The notes beneath the pieces were generated by a model. That model was not told the origin of the DNA and ran no database searches. It saw only the letters and a list, made by a program, of their open reading frames with translations. This document shows positions 30,326 to 39,643 of a stretch of DNA of 64,000 bases, piece by piece (the stretch's first letter is position 1; every line of letters begins with the position of its first letter). The position numbers were made by a program, and so were the translations under genes. The stretch is taken from NCBI GenBank assembly GCA_965204375.1, contig OZ241986.1:288001-352000 (forward strand). The letters are read 5' to 3'. Origin of the DNA: Candidatus Latescibacterota bacterium. GTDB lineage: Bacteria > Latescibacterota > UBA2968.

Positions 30326-31186
30326 ATGAAAAAACGTAGCCGAGAAATTAATATTTTCAGTATGTCTGCGCTCGATCTATTCGCTTCGGCAATGGGCGCT
30401 TTCATTTTGATTACCATTGTGCTGTTTCCCTTTTTTCCGAACATGGGCGATTCATCGGAAAGCATAAAAAAAGAAAAAGCCGAACTGGTACAGGAAAAGG
30501 CTAAATTACAACAGGAAAAGGATAGGTTGGAACAAGAAAGAGCTAAACTCGAACAAGAAAAAGCCAAAGCCCCTAAAACGAAAAATAATCCACTTGAAGA
30601 ACGGGTTAAAGCACTGGAACAGGAGATTGATGACACATCTGTTTTATTGGGTATTAAGACCACAGCAAAGAAGTTTGTAATCGTAGTGGATATGTCTGGC
30701 AGTATTTATCAACCTGGTGGACAAGACTATCGCCAGTTCATCACATTGTCAGTACGGGATATGCTTTCTTCTTTTCAATCTGAAATAGAATTGGTTATGG
30801 TTGGTTTTCACGCCCCAAATCGCAGGACACGATTGCACTATTGGCCTGAAAACAGGCGTTATTTTCAAGTGATGAGGAGTACACGAGAGCAAGTCTTAGC
30901 CGCAATAGATAGGTGGATGAATCGCGTGGATGGTGGCACACCTACGCGCGAAGCCCTGCTGGCGGCCCTTGCCCTCAGTCCCGAAGAGATCATCCTGTTG
31001 AGCGATGGCGCACCCAACGAAGACTGGCGCAACGTTGTCAATGCCGTGACTCGTCGCAATATAAAGAGAACTCCCATACACGCCGTAGCAGTTGGCAACT
31101 ATGTAGCCCAACGAGATTTTGTCGAGTTTCTAATCGCGTTGACAAAGCGCAACGGCGGTGTTCTCGTGGGAGCTAAACCCGGTTGA
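30326..31186 (+). CDS. MotB/ExbD-like TM anchor, heptad stalk and vWA domain
   Basis: Basic N-terminus, TM SALDLFASAMGAFILI with Asp; MIDAS DMSGS...GGT...LSDG. Confidence 0.8.
   Translation: MKKRSREINIFSMSALDLFASAMGAFILITIVLFPFFPNMGDSSESIKKEKAELVQEKAKLQQEKDRLEQERAKLEQEKAKAPKTKNNPLEERVKALEQEIDDTSVLLGIKTTAKKFVIVVDMSGSIYQPGGQDYRQFITLSVRDMLSSFQSEIELVMVGFHAPNRRTRLHYWPENRRYFQVMRSTREQVLAAIDRWMNRVDGGTPTREALLAALALSPEEIILLSDGAPNEDWRNVVNAVTRRNIKRTPIHAVAVGNYVAQRDFVEFLIALTKRNGGVLVGAKPG
30473..30571 (+). repeat. About 4.5 tandem 21-bp units encoding EKAxLxQ heptads
   Basis: GAAAAAGCCGAACTGGTACAG / GAAAAGGCTAAATTACAACAG / GAAAAGGATAGGTTGGAACAA / GAAAGAGCTAAACTCGAACAA. Confidence 0.8.
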
Positions 31187-31198
31187 GAGGATTGCGAA

Positions 31199-31564
31199 AT
31201 GTCTAACTTTTCTACCTATCGAATTGGTCGCGGTTCGGATGTGGATATTCGCATTGACGATAGAACGGTCTCCCGCATTCACGCAGAGTTGGTTGTGACT
31301 GCGAAGGGGGCATACTATCTGACTGATTGCGGTAGTAGCGGTGGGAGTTATGTTGCGCGAAATGGCGAGTGGGAGGCTATTACGCAGGGTTTTATCTCTC
31401 CGATGGATGCAATTTTACTCGGTCGGTGTCAGACAACAGCGCAGCAACTTATGGCGATGGTTAATCAAGGTGGACGGGATATTGTAAGACGCAAGGATGA
31501 TTTGCCCGAGGGACCGGTGCGTCGCAATGTAGATACAGGTGAAATTATAGGAGACGAGGATTGA
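31199..31564 (+). CDS. Stand-alone FHA protein
   Basis: IGR...TVSRIHA...DCGSSGGS. Confidence 0.85.
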   Translation: MSNFSTYRIGRGSDVDIRIDDRTVSRIHAELVVTAKGAYYLTDCGSSGGSYVARNGEWEAITQGFISPMDAILLGRCQTTAQQLMAMVNQGGRDIVRRKDDLPEGPVRRNVDTGEIIGDED

Positions 31565-31565
31565 C

Positions 31566-32351
31566 ATGGCAATGGGTCAAGCAGCAGAGACGAATCAACG
31601 CCTCATCGCATCTGGTTTCAGTTTGGTAATAGGTGTTGTCCTTATTGGGCTACTGAGTATTGTCTTTGATAATCCCGATTCACAAGTGGGTGCTTTCTTG
31701 CTTGACCGCCACACGGAAAATTTCCTCTACCCGTTTACGATCCAGAATGTCATGTGGCTGATGTTTTGTCTGGGCTGTGGCGAGTTGTGGGGGCGATTTA
31801 ATCAGTCCAATTTAGAATTGGCACAAATCTCAAAGCGATATCTTCCAGAAGACGATTCAATTATGTTGCGGGCGCAGGACCTGGGTTCTCTCTATCAAAA
31901 GATGCGCCCAAAGGATGGGGAACGGACTTTCTTTTTGCAACGCTTAATCGCGCGCTGTATTTTGCAATTTCAGGGGAGCAGATCCGTCAATCAGACCAAT
32001 TCCCTACTAAATTCTTCTCTGGAATTATTTCAGCACGAGCTTGAACTCAAATATACCATGTTGCGGTATCTCGTCTGGCTGATTCCCACAATGGGGTTTA
32101 TTGGCACGGTTGTGGGGATCGCCTTTGCGCTGGATTACGCGGCGAGTATTGAAAATCCCCAGGATCCGACACTGCTGGCGGAGATCACTGGACGATTGGG
32201 CGTTGCGTTTTATACGACTTTACTCGCTCTGATTCAATCGGCACTGTTGGTCTTTGCACTGCATCTCGCGCAAGGTAGAGAAGAGATGGCCTTGAATCAA
32301 TCAGGCCAGTACTGTTTGGATAATTTAATTAACCGACTTTATGAAAAATAG
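31566..32351 (+). CDS. MotA/TolQ/ExbB proton-channel family protein
   Basis: IPTMGFIGTVVGI and GVAFYTTLLAL motifs; four TMs. Confidence 0.88.
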   Translation: MAMGQAAETNQRLIASGFSLVIGVVLIGLLSIVFDNPDSQVGAFLLDRHTENFLYPFTIQNVMWLMFCLGCGELWGRFNQSNLELAQISKRYLPEDDSIMLRAQDLGSLYQKMRPKDGERTFFLQRLIARCILQFQGSRSVNQTNSLLNSSLELFQHELELKYTMLRYLVWLIPTMGFIGTVVGIAFALDYAASIENPQDPTLLAEITGRLGVAFYTTLLALIQSALLVFALHLAQGREEMALNQSGQYCLDNLINRLYEK

Positions 32352-32363
32352 GAGGGTAGTGTT

Positions 32364-33014
32364 ATGCCTGTTTATCGCGGACCCGATGGCAAGATTATTG
32401 AAGAGAAAACGAATAAAGGGGAAGATGTGACCCAGCAGACTGATAGGGCACAAAGGCCGATGCCACCGGCACCACCGGGCGGCGGTCAAGGTGCTGGTGA
32501 TGGGCGTTTGGATGCACCTACTCAGAAGATGGATGCGAGTGGTTCTTCGTCTCCTGCAATCTCTGAAGAAAAGACCCGGGTTGTAGGAGGCCGTCGCAGG
32601 CAGGAAGATCAGCAGCGTCTGGAAGAACGCGTTGAGAAAGCCGATGGTATGGATGATCCGGTTGTGGGATGGTTGGTTATTGTCGAAGGACCTGGAAAAG
32701 GGCGGGCCATGCAATTGGGTTATGGTTCTAATTCGATTGGGCGTGGGGAAACTGATCGCATCAATCTCAATTTCGGTGATGATCAAATTTCGCGTGGCGG
32801 ACATGCCGTTGTGACCTACGATCCCCGTGGCAGGAAGTTTTACGTGCAGCACGGCGGAGGTACCAACCTGACCTACCTCAATGACCAACCCGTGCTCATT
32901 CCGATTGAACTACCCGTGCTGAGTCATATTAGCATCGGCAATACGGTTCTACGATTTGTGCCTTTGTGCGGCGATGCATTTGATTGGCAGGATATAGAAG
33001 AGAGTCAGGAATAG
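32364..33014 (+). CDS. FHA protein with disordered Thr-containing N-terminus
   Basis: PVVGWLVIVEGPGKG, IGR, ISRGGHA, FVPLCGDAFDW; GGAGG RBS. Confidence 0.88.
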   Translation: MPVYRGPDGKIIEEKTNKGEDVTQQTDRAQRPMPPAPPGGGQGAGDGRLDAPTQKMDASGSSSPAISEEKTRVVGGRRRQEDQQRLEERVEKADGMDDPVVGWLVIVEGPGKGRAMQLGYGSNSIGRGETDRINLNFGDDQISRGGHAVVTYDPRGRKFYVQHGGGTNLTYLNDQPVLIPIELPVLSHISIGNTVLRFVPLCGDAFDWQDIEESQE

Positions 33015-33188
33015 CGATTGTCATTGCGGTTCCTGGTACCCGTATAGAGTTACTACGGGATTTGGTTGAGTCGCCACGCATGCTTAAGGCAGGGCATAGA
33101 CATTACGACGTCAATAATCCAGTGGTTTTGGTTATCATTTTTTTTACGGACCAGCCAGTCATAAAAATACATTGTCAGGAGAAATGCT

Positions 33189-34715
33189 ATGAACGAAGCA
33201 CAACATCCCCTCAACGCTCTGCCCCAGGGCCACCGGCTCTATGAATACGAACTGGTACGCGTGCTGGGCTTTGGGGGATTTGGCATGACCTATCTCGGCT
33301 TTGACCACAACCTGGACAAAGCCGTTGCGATCAAGGAATATCTCCCATCCGATATTGCCACTCGTACAGGCGATAATAGCGTTGCTCCGCAAGCCAGCCA
33401 GTTTCGCGATGATTTTGAGTGGGGATTGGATCGTTTCTTGGATGAAGCGCGTGCCTTAGCCCGGTTCGATCATCGCCACATTATTAAGGTGCATCGTTTC
33501 TTTGAAGCACATGGTACGGCGTATATTGTGATGGAATATGCTGAAGGCGAGACTTTATCGGCGTTTTTGGAACGCAAAGGGACGTTGAAAGAATCTGAAC
33601 TCAAAGCCATTCTGTATCCGCTTCTCGATGGTCTGGAGGTGGTGCATCGGGCTGATTTTTTGCATCGGGATATCAAGCCTGGCAATATCATCATTCGGGA
33701 TGAGGATAATTCGCCAGTGTTGTTGGACTTTGGTTCAGCACGTCAGGCGATGGGAGCGAAGAGCCGTTCAGTTACGTCGATCATCACGCCGGGATATGCG
33801 CCAATAGAGCAGTATTCGAGTCGGGGAGATCAAGGTCCCTGGACGGACATTTATGCGTTGGGGGGAGCGTGCTACCGCGCATTGACGGATGAGGTTCCGG
33901 ATGATGCGACAGATCGTATGCGAGATGATCCCTTGATTCCAGTATCTGAGCGGTGCGCGGATCAAGCGAGTGCTGGATTTCTTTCGGCTATAGATTGGGC
34001 GTTGACAGTGGATGAAAGGGATCGTCCGCAAAGTATTGCAGAATGGCGTGCTGAGTTGAAGGAGGATTTAGCGGAAGCACCGGGGACAGAGAACATCCAG
34101 CCGCCAGTTACGGCATCTGCAACCGCACCCATAGAAGGTGGCTCTGACGACGCGCAGGCCCGATACACAGCAGTCCAGAGCAATTCCCAACCAGCACAGA
34201 TAAAGGTCCGCGCTGACGACGTGAGTCGCTTGAACAAGTGGTTTCTATGGTTTTGGATCGGCCTTTTAGCCGGCATTCCGCTCTCGGTAATCATACTCGG
34301 CTTCATAGCCATTATCGTTAGCCTCGTATGCGGTTGCTGTATCTTGCACAAACTGTGGTGCCTCATCCCTGCTCACGAAGCAAAAACAACACCGGGCAAA
34401 GCTATTGGGTTTCTTTTTATCCCATATTTTAACTTATACTGGAACTTCATCGCCATTTATGGTCTCGCCCAGGCCCTCAATAGTCAGATCAGGCAACGCG
34501 GAATAAAGAACAAAGGGGTTGGTGAAGGACTTAGTTTGATCTACTGTATCCTCGCCATAAGTGGCTTCCCCATACTTTTGCTGTCCGGTGCGTCTGAGTT
34601 CGGGATCGGGCTTACCATAATCATTATAATTACTGATTTTGTGTTCGGCATAATCATTCTCAAGCAAATGAAGAACACTGGTATCGCATTGATTGAAAAT
34701 CGTGCGGTAGAATAA
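33189..34715 (+). CDS. Ser/Thr kinase 1 with multi-TM C-terminal module (DUF4328-like)
   Basis: LGFGGFG, VAIKE, HRDIKPGN, DFG, TPGYAPIEQ; TTPGKAIGFLFIPYFNLYW. Confidence 0.92.
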   Translation: MNEAQHPLNALPQGHRLYEYELVRVLGFGGFGMTYLGFDHNLDKAVAIKEYLPSDIATRTGDNSVAPQASQFRDDFEWGLDRFLDEARALARFDHRHIIKVHRFFEAHGTAYIVMEYAEGETLSAFLERKGTLKESELKAILYPLLDGLEVVHRADFLHRDIKPGNIIIRDEDNSPVLLDFGSARQAMGAKSRSVTSIITPGYAPIEQYSSRGDQGPWTDIYALGGACYRALTDEVPDDATDRMRDDPLIPVSERCADQASAGFLSAIDWALTVDERDRPQSIAEWRAELKEDLAEAPGTENIQPPVTASATAPIEGGSDDAQARYTAVQSNSQPAQIKVRADDVSRLNKWFLWFWIGLLAGIPLSVIILGFIAIIVSLVCGCCILHKLWCLIPAHEAKTTPGKAIGFLFIPYFNLYWNFIAIYGLAQALNSQIRQRGIKNKGVGEGLSLIYCILAISGFPILLLSGASEFGIGLTIIIIITDFVFGIIILKQMKNTGIALIENRAVE

Positions 34716-34748
34716 GCTGATTCTTGCGATAATCGCGGGATGCTATGA
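34711..34748 (+). repeat. Kinase leader/junction repeat, copy 1 (others at 35140-35172 and 39598-39647)
   Basis: AATAAGCTGATTCTTG..ATAATCG...ATGCTATGA recurs three times. Confidence 0.75.
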
Positions 34749-34895
34749 TCGGAGAACAATGATGGCAAGACGATGCGGATGAGACGTTGTTTGAATCGCT
34801 ACATCCGAAAGTTATACTGAGTCTTGATGTAAAAATCCATGACACGACATCCCCCTAAAAAGCTGGCAACATAAATAGAATCAGGAGAGCGCGTT

Positions 34896-35145
34896 ATGAA
34901 GCCAGGTGAAATAATTTTTGAAGGTCGAAGGCGGCTACAACGTCAGGGCTTTAGGCTACGGGATTTTTGCCCAGAGGGAAGATTGGGCCGACTTGAGGGC
35001 AATGGTAAAGGACGCGGCACTTTGACACTTTGATGAGGACGATATACCCAAAGTAATTGTCGCTGAGCATTTTGGACTAACTCCAGATGAAGTTCATCGT
35101 ACTGACAAGCTCAACGTTACGGTGTCCGATTCTAAAAAGAGCTGA
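34896..35145 (+). pseudogene. Decayed HicB-like antitoxin, possibly joined to a HicA-like C-terminal remnant
   Basis: AGGAG RBS; MKPGEIIFE, frameshift, EGGYNVRALGYGIFAQREDWADLRAMVKDAAL*HFDEDDIPKVIVAEHFGLTPDEV. Confidence 0.65.
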
Positions 35146-35168
35146 TTTCTGAAATAATCGGAAATGCT

Positions 35169-36488
35169 ATGAACAACGCACAACAACCTCTTAACGCTCT
35201 GCCCCAAGGCCACCGGCTCCAGGAATACGAACTGGTACGCGTGCTGGGCTTTGGGGGATTTGGCATGACCTATCTCGGCTTTGACCACAACCTGAACAAA
35301 GCCGTTGCGATCAAGGAGTACCTACCATCCGATATTGCCACCCGTACAGGCGATAACAGCGTCGCTCCACAGGCCAGCCAGTTTCAAAGTGATTTTGAGT
35401 GGGGGCTGGATCGTTTTTTAGATGAGGCACGCGCCTTAGCCCGGTTCGATCATCGCCACATTATTAAAGTGTATCGTTTCTTTGAGGCACATGGTACGGC
35501 GTATATCGTGATGGAATATGCTGAGGGTGAGACCTTGTCGGCGTTTCTTGAACGCAAAGGGACATTGAAGGAAGCTGAACTCAAAGTTATTTTGTATCCG
35601 CTTCTCGATGGTCTGGAGGTAGTGCATGGGGCAGATTTTTTGCATCGGGATATAAAGCCGGGCAATATCATCATTCGAGATGAGGACAATTCGCCCGTGT
35701 TGTTGGACTTTGGTTCAGCACGTCAGGCAATCGGTGCAAGGAGCCGTTCAATTACGTCAATCATCACGCCGGGTTATGCGCCAATAGAGCAGTATTCGAG
35801 TCGGGGAGATCAAGGCCCTTGGACGGATATCTATGCGTTGGGAGGCGTATGTTATCGCGCATTGACTGGTCAAGTGCCGGATGATGCGACAGATCGTATG
35901 CGGAATGATCCTTTGATTTCGGTGTCTGAGTGCTGTGCGGGTCAAGCGAGCGATGATTTTCTATCGGCGATAGATTGGGCTTTGGCAGTGGATGAAGAGG
36001 ATCGCCCACAAAGTATTACAGAATGGCGTGCTAAGTTGGGGGATGATTTGACAAAACAGGAGCCTGTGCCAGTATCGCAACAAAGGCGTCACCAGGACGA
36101 AAAGACCGTTGATGAGTTACCAAATCATCCGTCTGTAGAGGATGTACAAAAAATGTTATTGTCAGCAGGGTTAGCTGATGCAGCCAGGCAATTAGGGGTA
36201 TCTGCTAGAGAACTGGATTTTATAAGAAAAAAATATGGCCTTCAGTTGCCCAAACTCGTAGCGCAAAAAAAGACAGAAGGAGGAAATATTATGGCGGGAC
36301 AAGGTTCGGGCGGCAATGTTCTTGCTGCTTTGTGTAGCTTTTTTATTCCGGGTTTGGGCCAGTTGCTTCAGGGGCGTTTGCTCATTGCCCTTTTTCAATT
36401 TTTTTTGGCGGCCATCCTGTGGTTTATCTGGATGGGCTGGTTGATCCACCTGTGGTCTGTTCTGAACGCCGCTCGGTGGAGACCATGA
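35169..36488 (+). CDS. Ser/Thr kinase 2 with Fis-like HTH and fused small membrane protein
   Basis: Full Hanks motifs; AARQLGVS..IRKKYGL; C-terminal NVLAALCSFFIPGLGQLLQGR. Confidence 0.9.
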   Translation: MNNAQQPLNALPQGHRLQEYELVRVLGFGGFGMTYLGFDHNLNKAVAIKEYLPSDIATRTGDNSVAPQASQFQSDFEWGLDRFLDEARALARFDHRHIIKVYRFFEAHGTAYIVMEYAEGETLSAFLERKGTLKEAELKVILYPLLDGLEVVHGADFLHRDIKPGNIIIRDEDNSPVLLDFGSARQAIGARSRSITSIITPGYAPIEQYSSRGDQGPWTDIYALGGVCYRALTGQVPDDATDRMRNDPLISVSECCAGQASDDFLSAIDWALAVDEEDRPQSITEWRAKLGDDLTKQEPVPVSQQRRHQDEKTVDELPNHPSVEDVQKMLLSAGLADAARQLGVSARELDFIRKKYGLQLPKLVAQKKTEGGNIMAGQGSGGNVLAALCSFFIPGLGQLLQGRLLIALFQFFLAAILWFIWMGWLIHLWSVLNAARWRP

Positions 36489-36545
36489 TTGCAGGCGTTA
36501 ATACCGACAATCGCGCTCAGATAGAGCACACACAAGAGGAAGTAT

Positions 36546-37736
36546 ATGGATTTGTTAGATGGACGATTTGCCGCGCAGCAAATTCCTGGTGGGCGGGAAT
36601 ATCAGGAGGACGATTACGGCCTGATTGAGCCGGGTGATCCCGATGCTGACGGGAGTGAGGTGTTGTTGATAGCGGATGGGATGGGTGGACATGTCAGCGG
36701 CGATACGGCGAGCAGGACGGTGGTTAAGACCTTTGTGGAGACCTATCACAGCACGGATGGGCCGGTGCCGGATCGTCTGCGTGCCTGTCTCAACGCGGCC
36801 AATGATGCCCTCGCCGAAGCAATAAAAGAAAACCCGGAACTGGAGGGTATGGGATCCACTGTGGTTGCAGCAGTTGTTTCACAACACGGACTCGACTGGA
36901 TCAGTGTAGGCGATTCTCCCTTGTGGTTGTTCCGCGATGGCAAGTTGCGTCGCCTCAATGCCGATCATTCTATGGCGCCTGTGCTTGCGAATCTGGTAGC
37001 AGTTGGGCGCATGACTGAGGAAGAAGCGGCGACGGATCCCAAACGTCATGCCCTGCGCTCGGCGGTTATGGGCGATGAAATTCACCTGATTGATGTCTCA
37101 TCGCAACCTGTTGCGATTCGGAAAAGTGATCGCGTGTTATTGGCGAGTGATGGTTTAATGACACTTGAGGATGAGGAGATTGCAGGTGTTTTACAGAACA
37201 TGAAGGATGCATCCCTATCAGAAGTCGCCGAGGCACTCATCCAGGTGGTGGAAGAGGTCGGGTATCCAAATCAAGATAATACGACCGTGTTGCTCTATAC
37301 TCCGGTGGCGGATTGTGGGATGGAAACTGTTCTGGATGAGACTACACAGAAGCAATTTGACCAGTCTGAGCGACCAAGAAGAAAGAAGGGTTTGTTTTGG
37401 ATATTGTTATGCGGGGCCTTGATCGCTCTTGGACTACTCGCTTATTGGTTCATGTCGCGCACGCCTGACAAAGAGGCAGTGGTTGAAACCACACCGGTAC
37501 AGCAAGCAGAGCCACCTAAACAGGATGTTTCTCCACCCGCTACGAGAACTTCTGATTTGCCAGAGGTGCAACCCGGGAGCAAATTTCCACAGACAGAACG
37601 ACCCGCAAAGGATGCGCCAGCACAACTCGACACAGGCAAAGTGAATGGGGAATCACTAAAGAAAAAAACTGAAGGTGTCTCAGCGAAGCCATCAACACCA
37701 CCCGATACTACATCCCAATCGAAAGGAATGAGGTGA
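36546..37736 (+). CDS. Membrane-anchored PP2C/PPM phosphatase
   Basis: REYQED, ADGMGGH, VGDSP, ASDGL, QDNTT; TM; Pro/Thr-rich tail. Confidence 0.93.
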   Translation: MDLLDGRFAAQQIPGGREYQEDDYGLIEPGDPDADGSEVLLIADGMGGHVSGDTASRTVVKTFVETYHSTDGPVPDRLRACLNAANDALAEAIKENPELEGMGSTVVAAVVSQHGLDWISVGDSPLWLFRDGKLRRLNADHSMAPVLANLVAVGRMTEEEAATDPKRHALRSAVMGDEIHLIDVSSQPVAIRKSDRVLLASDGLMTLEDEEIAGVLQNMKDASLSEVAEALIQVVEEVGYPNQDNTTVLLYTPVADCGMETVLDETTQKQFDQSERPRRKKGLFWILLCGALIALGLLAYWFMSRTPDKEAVVETTPVQQAEPPKQDVSPPATRTSDLPEVQPGSKFPQTERPAKDAPAQLDTGKVNGESLKKKTEGVSAKPSTPPDTTSQSKGMR

Positions 37737-39571
37737 ACGACGCACACCACCGATTGGCACTGCCACAAGGTACTCGCATACAGGACTTTGAATTTCACCG
37801 CGTCTTAGGGCAAGGCGGTTTTGGCATCACCTATCTCGGCTGGAATATGGCACTGGATATTCCTGTGGCGATTAAAGAGTATTTGCCCTCGGACCTTGCG
37901 ACCCGTGAATACGACCTATCGGTGGTGCCGCAGTCATCTCAAGCCGCGTCGGATTTTGAGTGGGGACTGGATCGCTTTATAGATGAAGCGAGAATATTGG
38001 CGCGTTTCCACCATCCAAATATTGTTCGTGTGCATCATTTCTTTCAAGCGCACAGCACGGCGTATATCGTGATGGAATATGCCGAAGGTGAGACCTTGTC
38101 GGCATTTCTCGAACGCAAGGGGACACTGACTGAAACCGAACTCAAAGCCATTCTGTATCCGATTCTCGATGGATTGGAGGTGGTGCATCGGGCTGATTTT
38201 TTGCATCGTGACATCAAGCCGGGGAATATCATCATCCGGGATGGGGACGATTCGCCAGTGTTGTTGGACTTTGGTTCAGCGCGTCAGGCGATCAGTGCAA
38301 GGAGCCGTTCCGTTACGTCGATCATTACGCCGGGTTATGCGCCTATAGAACAGTATTCAAGTCGGGGTGATCAGGGTCCTTGGACGGACATCTATGCGTT
38401 GGGTGGTGTGTGTTATCGTGCATTGACTGGTGAAGTGCCGTATGATGCTACGGATCGTATGCGGAATGATCCACTCATTCCAGTAGTTGAGCGATGTGCA
38501 GACCAAACGAGCGCTGGGTTTCTATCGGCGATAGATTGGGCATTGGCTGTGGATGAGGGTGATCGACCGCAAAGTGTGGGAGCCTGGCGTGTTGCGCTGA
38601 AAAAAGAGACACCGGGCAACATGGATGTAGATACATCAGCTACAACATCTGTAACCGCTCCTCCATCAAAAGTACAGGATCGAAAAAGAGATGATGCCCC
38701 ACCTGTGCATCATCCCACCAAGTCCAAAGGAAAGTTATTTGTTTCGTTTGCCTGCGTGGTTGCTCTGTGGGCTTGTGCTATCTATTATTATCACTATGAA
38801 TATCTCCCCGATCAGCGTCACTGGGAGGAACAGGGAGTAGGCAGGAAATTCAGAGACTGTGCGAAATGTCCGCAGATGGTGGTGGTGTCATCGGAATCAT
38901 TTACGATGGGGTCTCTTAGTGGAGAGGAAGGCAGTAAAAATGATGAGAGTCCCCAGCATGTTGTGCGTATAGATTACAGGTTTGCCGTGGGTATGTATGA
39001 AGTAACCTTTGCTGAGTGGGATGCGTGCGTGTCAGATGGTGGTTGCGGAAGGTATGTTCCTGATGATGAGGGTTGGGGGCGTGGGAATCGTCCGGTAATA
39101 AATGTGAGTTGGGAGGATGCACAGTCTTATGTGCGCTGGTTGTCTGCAAGGACGGGGTATAATTATGGCTTACTGAGTGAGTCAGAATGGGAGTATGTAG
39201 CGCGAGCGGGGACGACGACGGCTTATAGCTGGGGGGATAATATAGGTCGGAGCCGCGCTAATTGTGACGGTTGTGGCAGTCAGTGGGATGGTGAGAAGAC
39301 AGCCTCAACAGGCTCATTTAGTGCCAACACTTGGGGCGTTTACGATATGCACGGGAATGTGTGGGAGTGGGTGGAGGACTGTTGGAACGACAGTTATATA
39401 GACGCACCTTCTGATGGGGCTGCGTGGGAAAGTGGCGATTGTTCTGAGCGCGTGTTGCGTGGCGGTTGCTGGTTCGACAAACCGAGTCTCCTCCGCTCGG
39501 CGGACCGCAGCAGGCTTACCACCGGACGCCGGGGCAGCTTCATCGGTTTTCGAGTTGCCCGGCGTTTTTAA
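37733..39571 (+). CDS. Ser/Thr kinase 3 with TM and FGE-sulfatase (C-type lectin fold) domain
   Basis: Hanks motifs; PVINVSWEDA, SESEWEY, DMHGNVWEW, RVLRGG..IGFRVAR; GTGA overlap with PP2C. Confidence 0.93.
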   Translation: MNDAHHRLALPQGTRIQDFEFHRVLGQGGFGITYLGWNMALDIPVAIKEYLPSDLATREYDLSVVPQSSQAASDFEWGLDRFIDEARILARFHHPNIVRVHHFFQAHSTAYIVMEYAEGETLSAFLERKGTLTETELKAILYPILDGLEVVHRADFLHRDIKPGNIIIRDGDDSPVLLDFGSARQAISARSRSVTSIITPGYAPIEQYSSRGDQGPWTDIYALGGVCYRALTGEVPYDATDRMRNDPLIPVVERCADQTSAGFLSAIDWALAVDEGDRPQSVGAWRVALKKETPGNMDVDTSATTSVTAPPSKVQDRKRDDAPPVHHPTKSKGKLFVSFACVVALWACAIYYYHYEYLPDQRHWEEQGVGRKFRDCAKCPQMVVVSSESFTMGSLSGEEGSKNDESPQHVVRIDYRFAVGMYEVTFAEWDACVSDGGCGRYVPDDEGWGRGNRPVINVSWEDAQSYVRWLSARTGYNYGLLSESEWEYVARAGTTTAYSWGDNIGRSRANCDGCGSQWDGEKTASTGSFSANTWGVYDMHGNVWEWVEDCWNDSYIDAPSDGAAWESGDCSERVLRGGCWFDKPSLLRSADRSRLTTGRRGSFIGFRVARRF

Positions 39572-39643
39572 CTCTTCCAAATGGTGCCCAATTTTAAAAT
39601 AAGCTGATTCTTGAAATAATCGGAAATGCGGAATAATAATGCT

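Noticed and set aside
33015-33170. Possible remnant ORF before kinase 1
   Set aside because: Short frames with no recognisable homology
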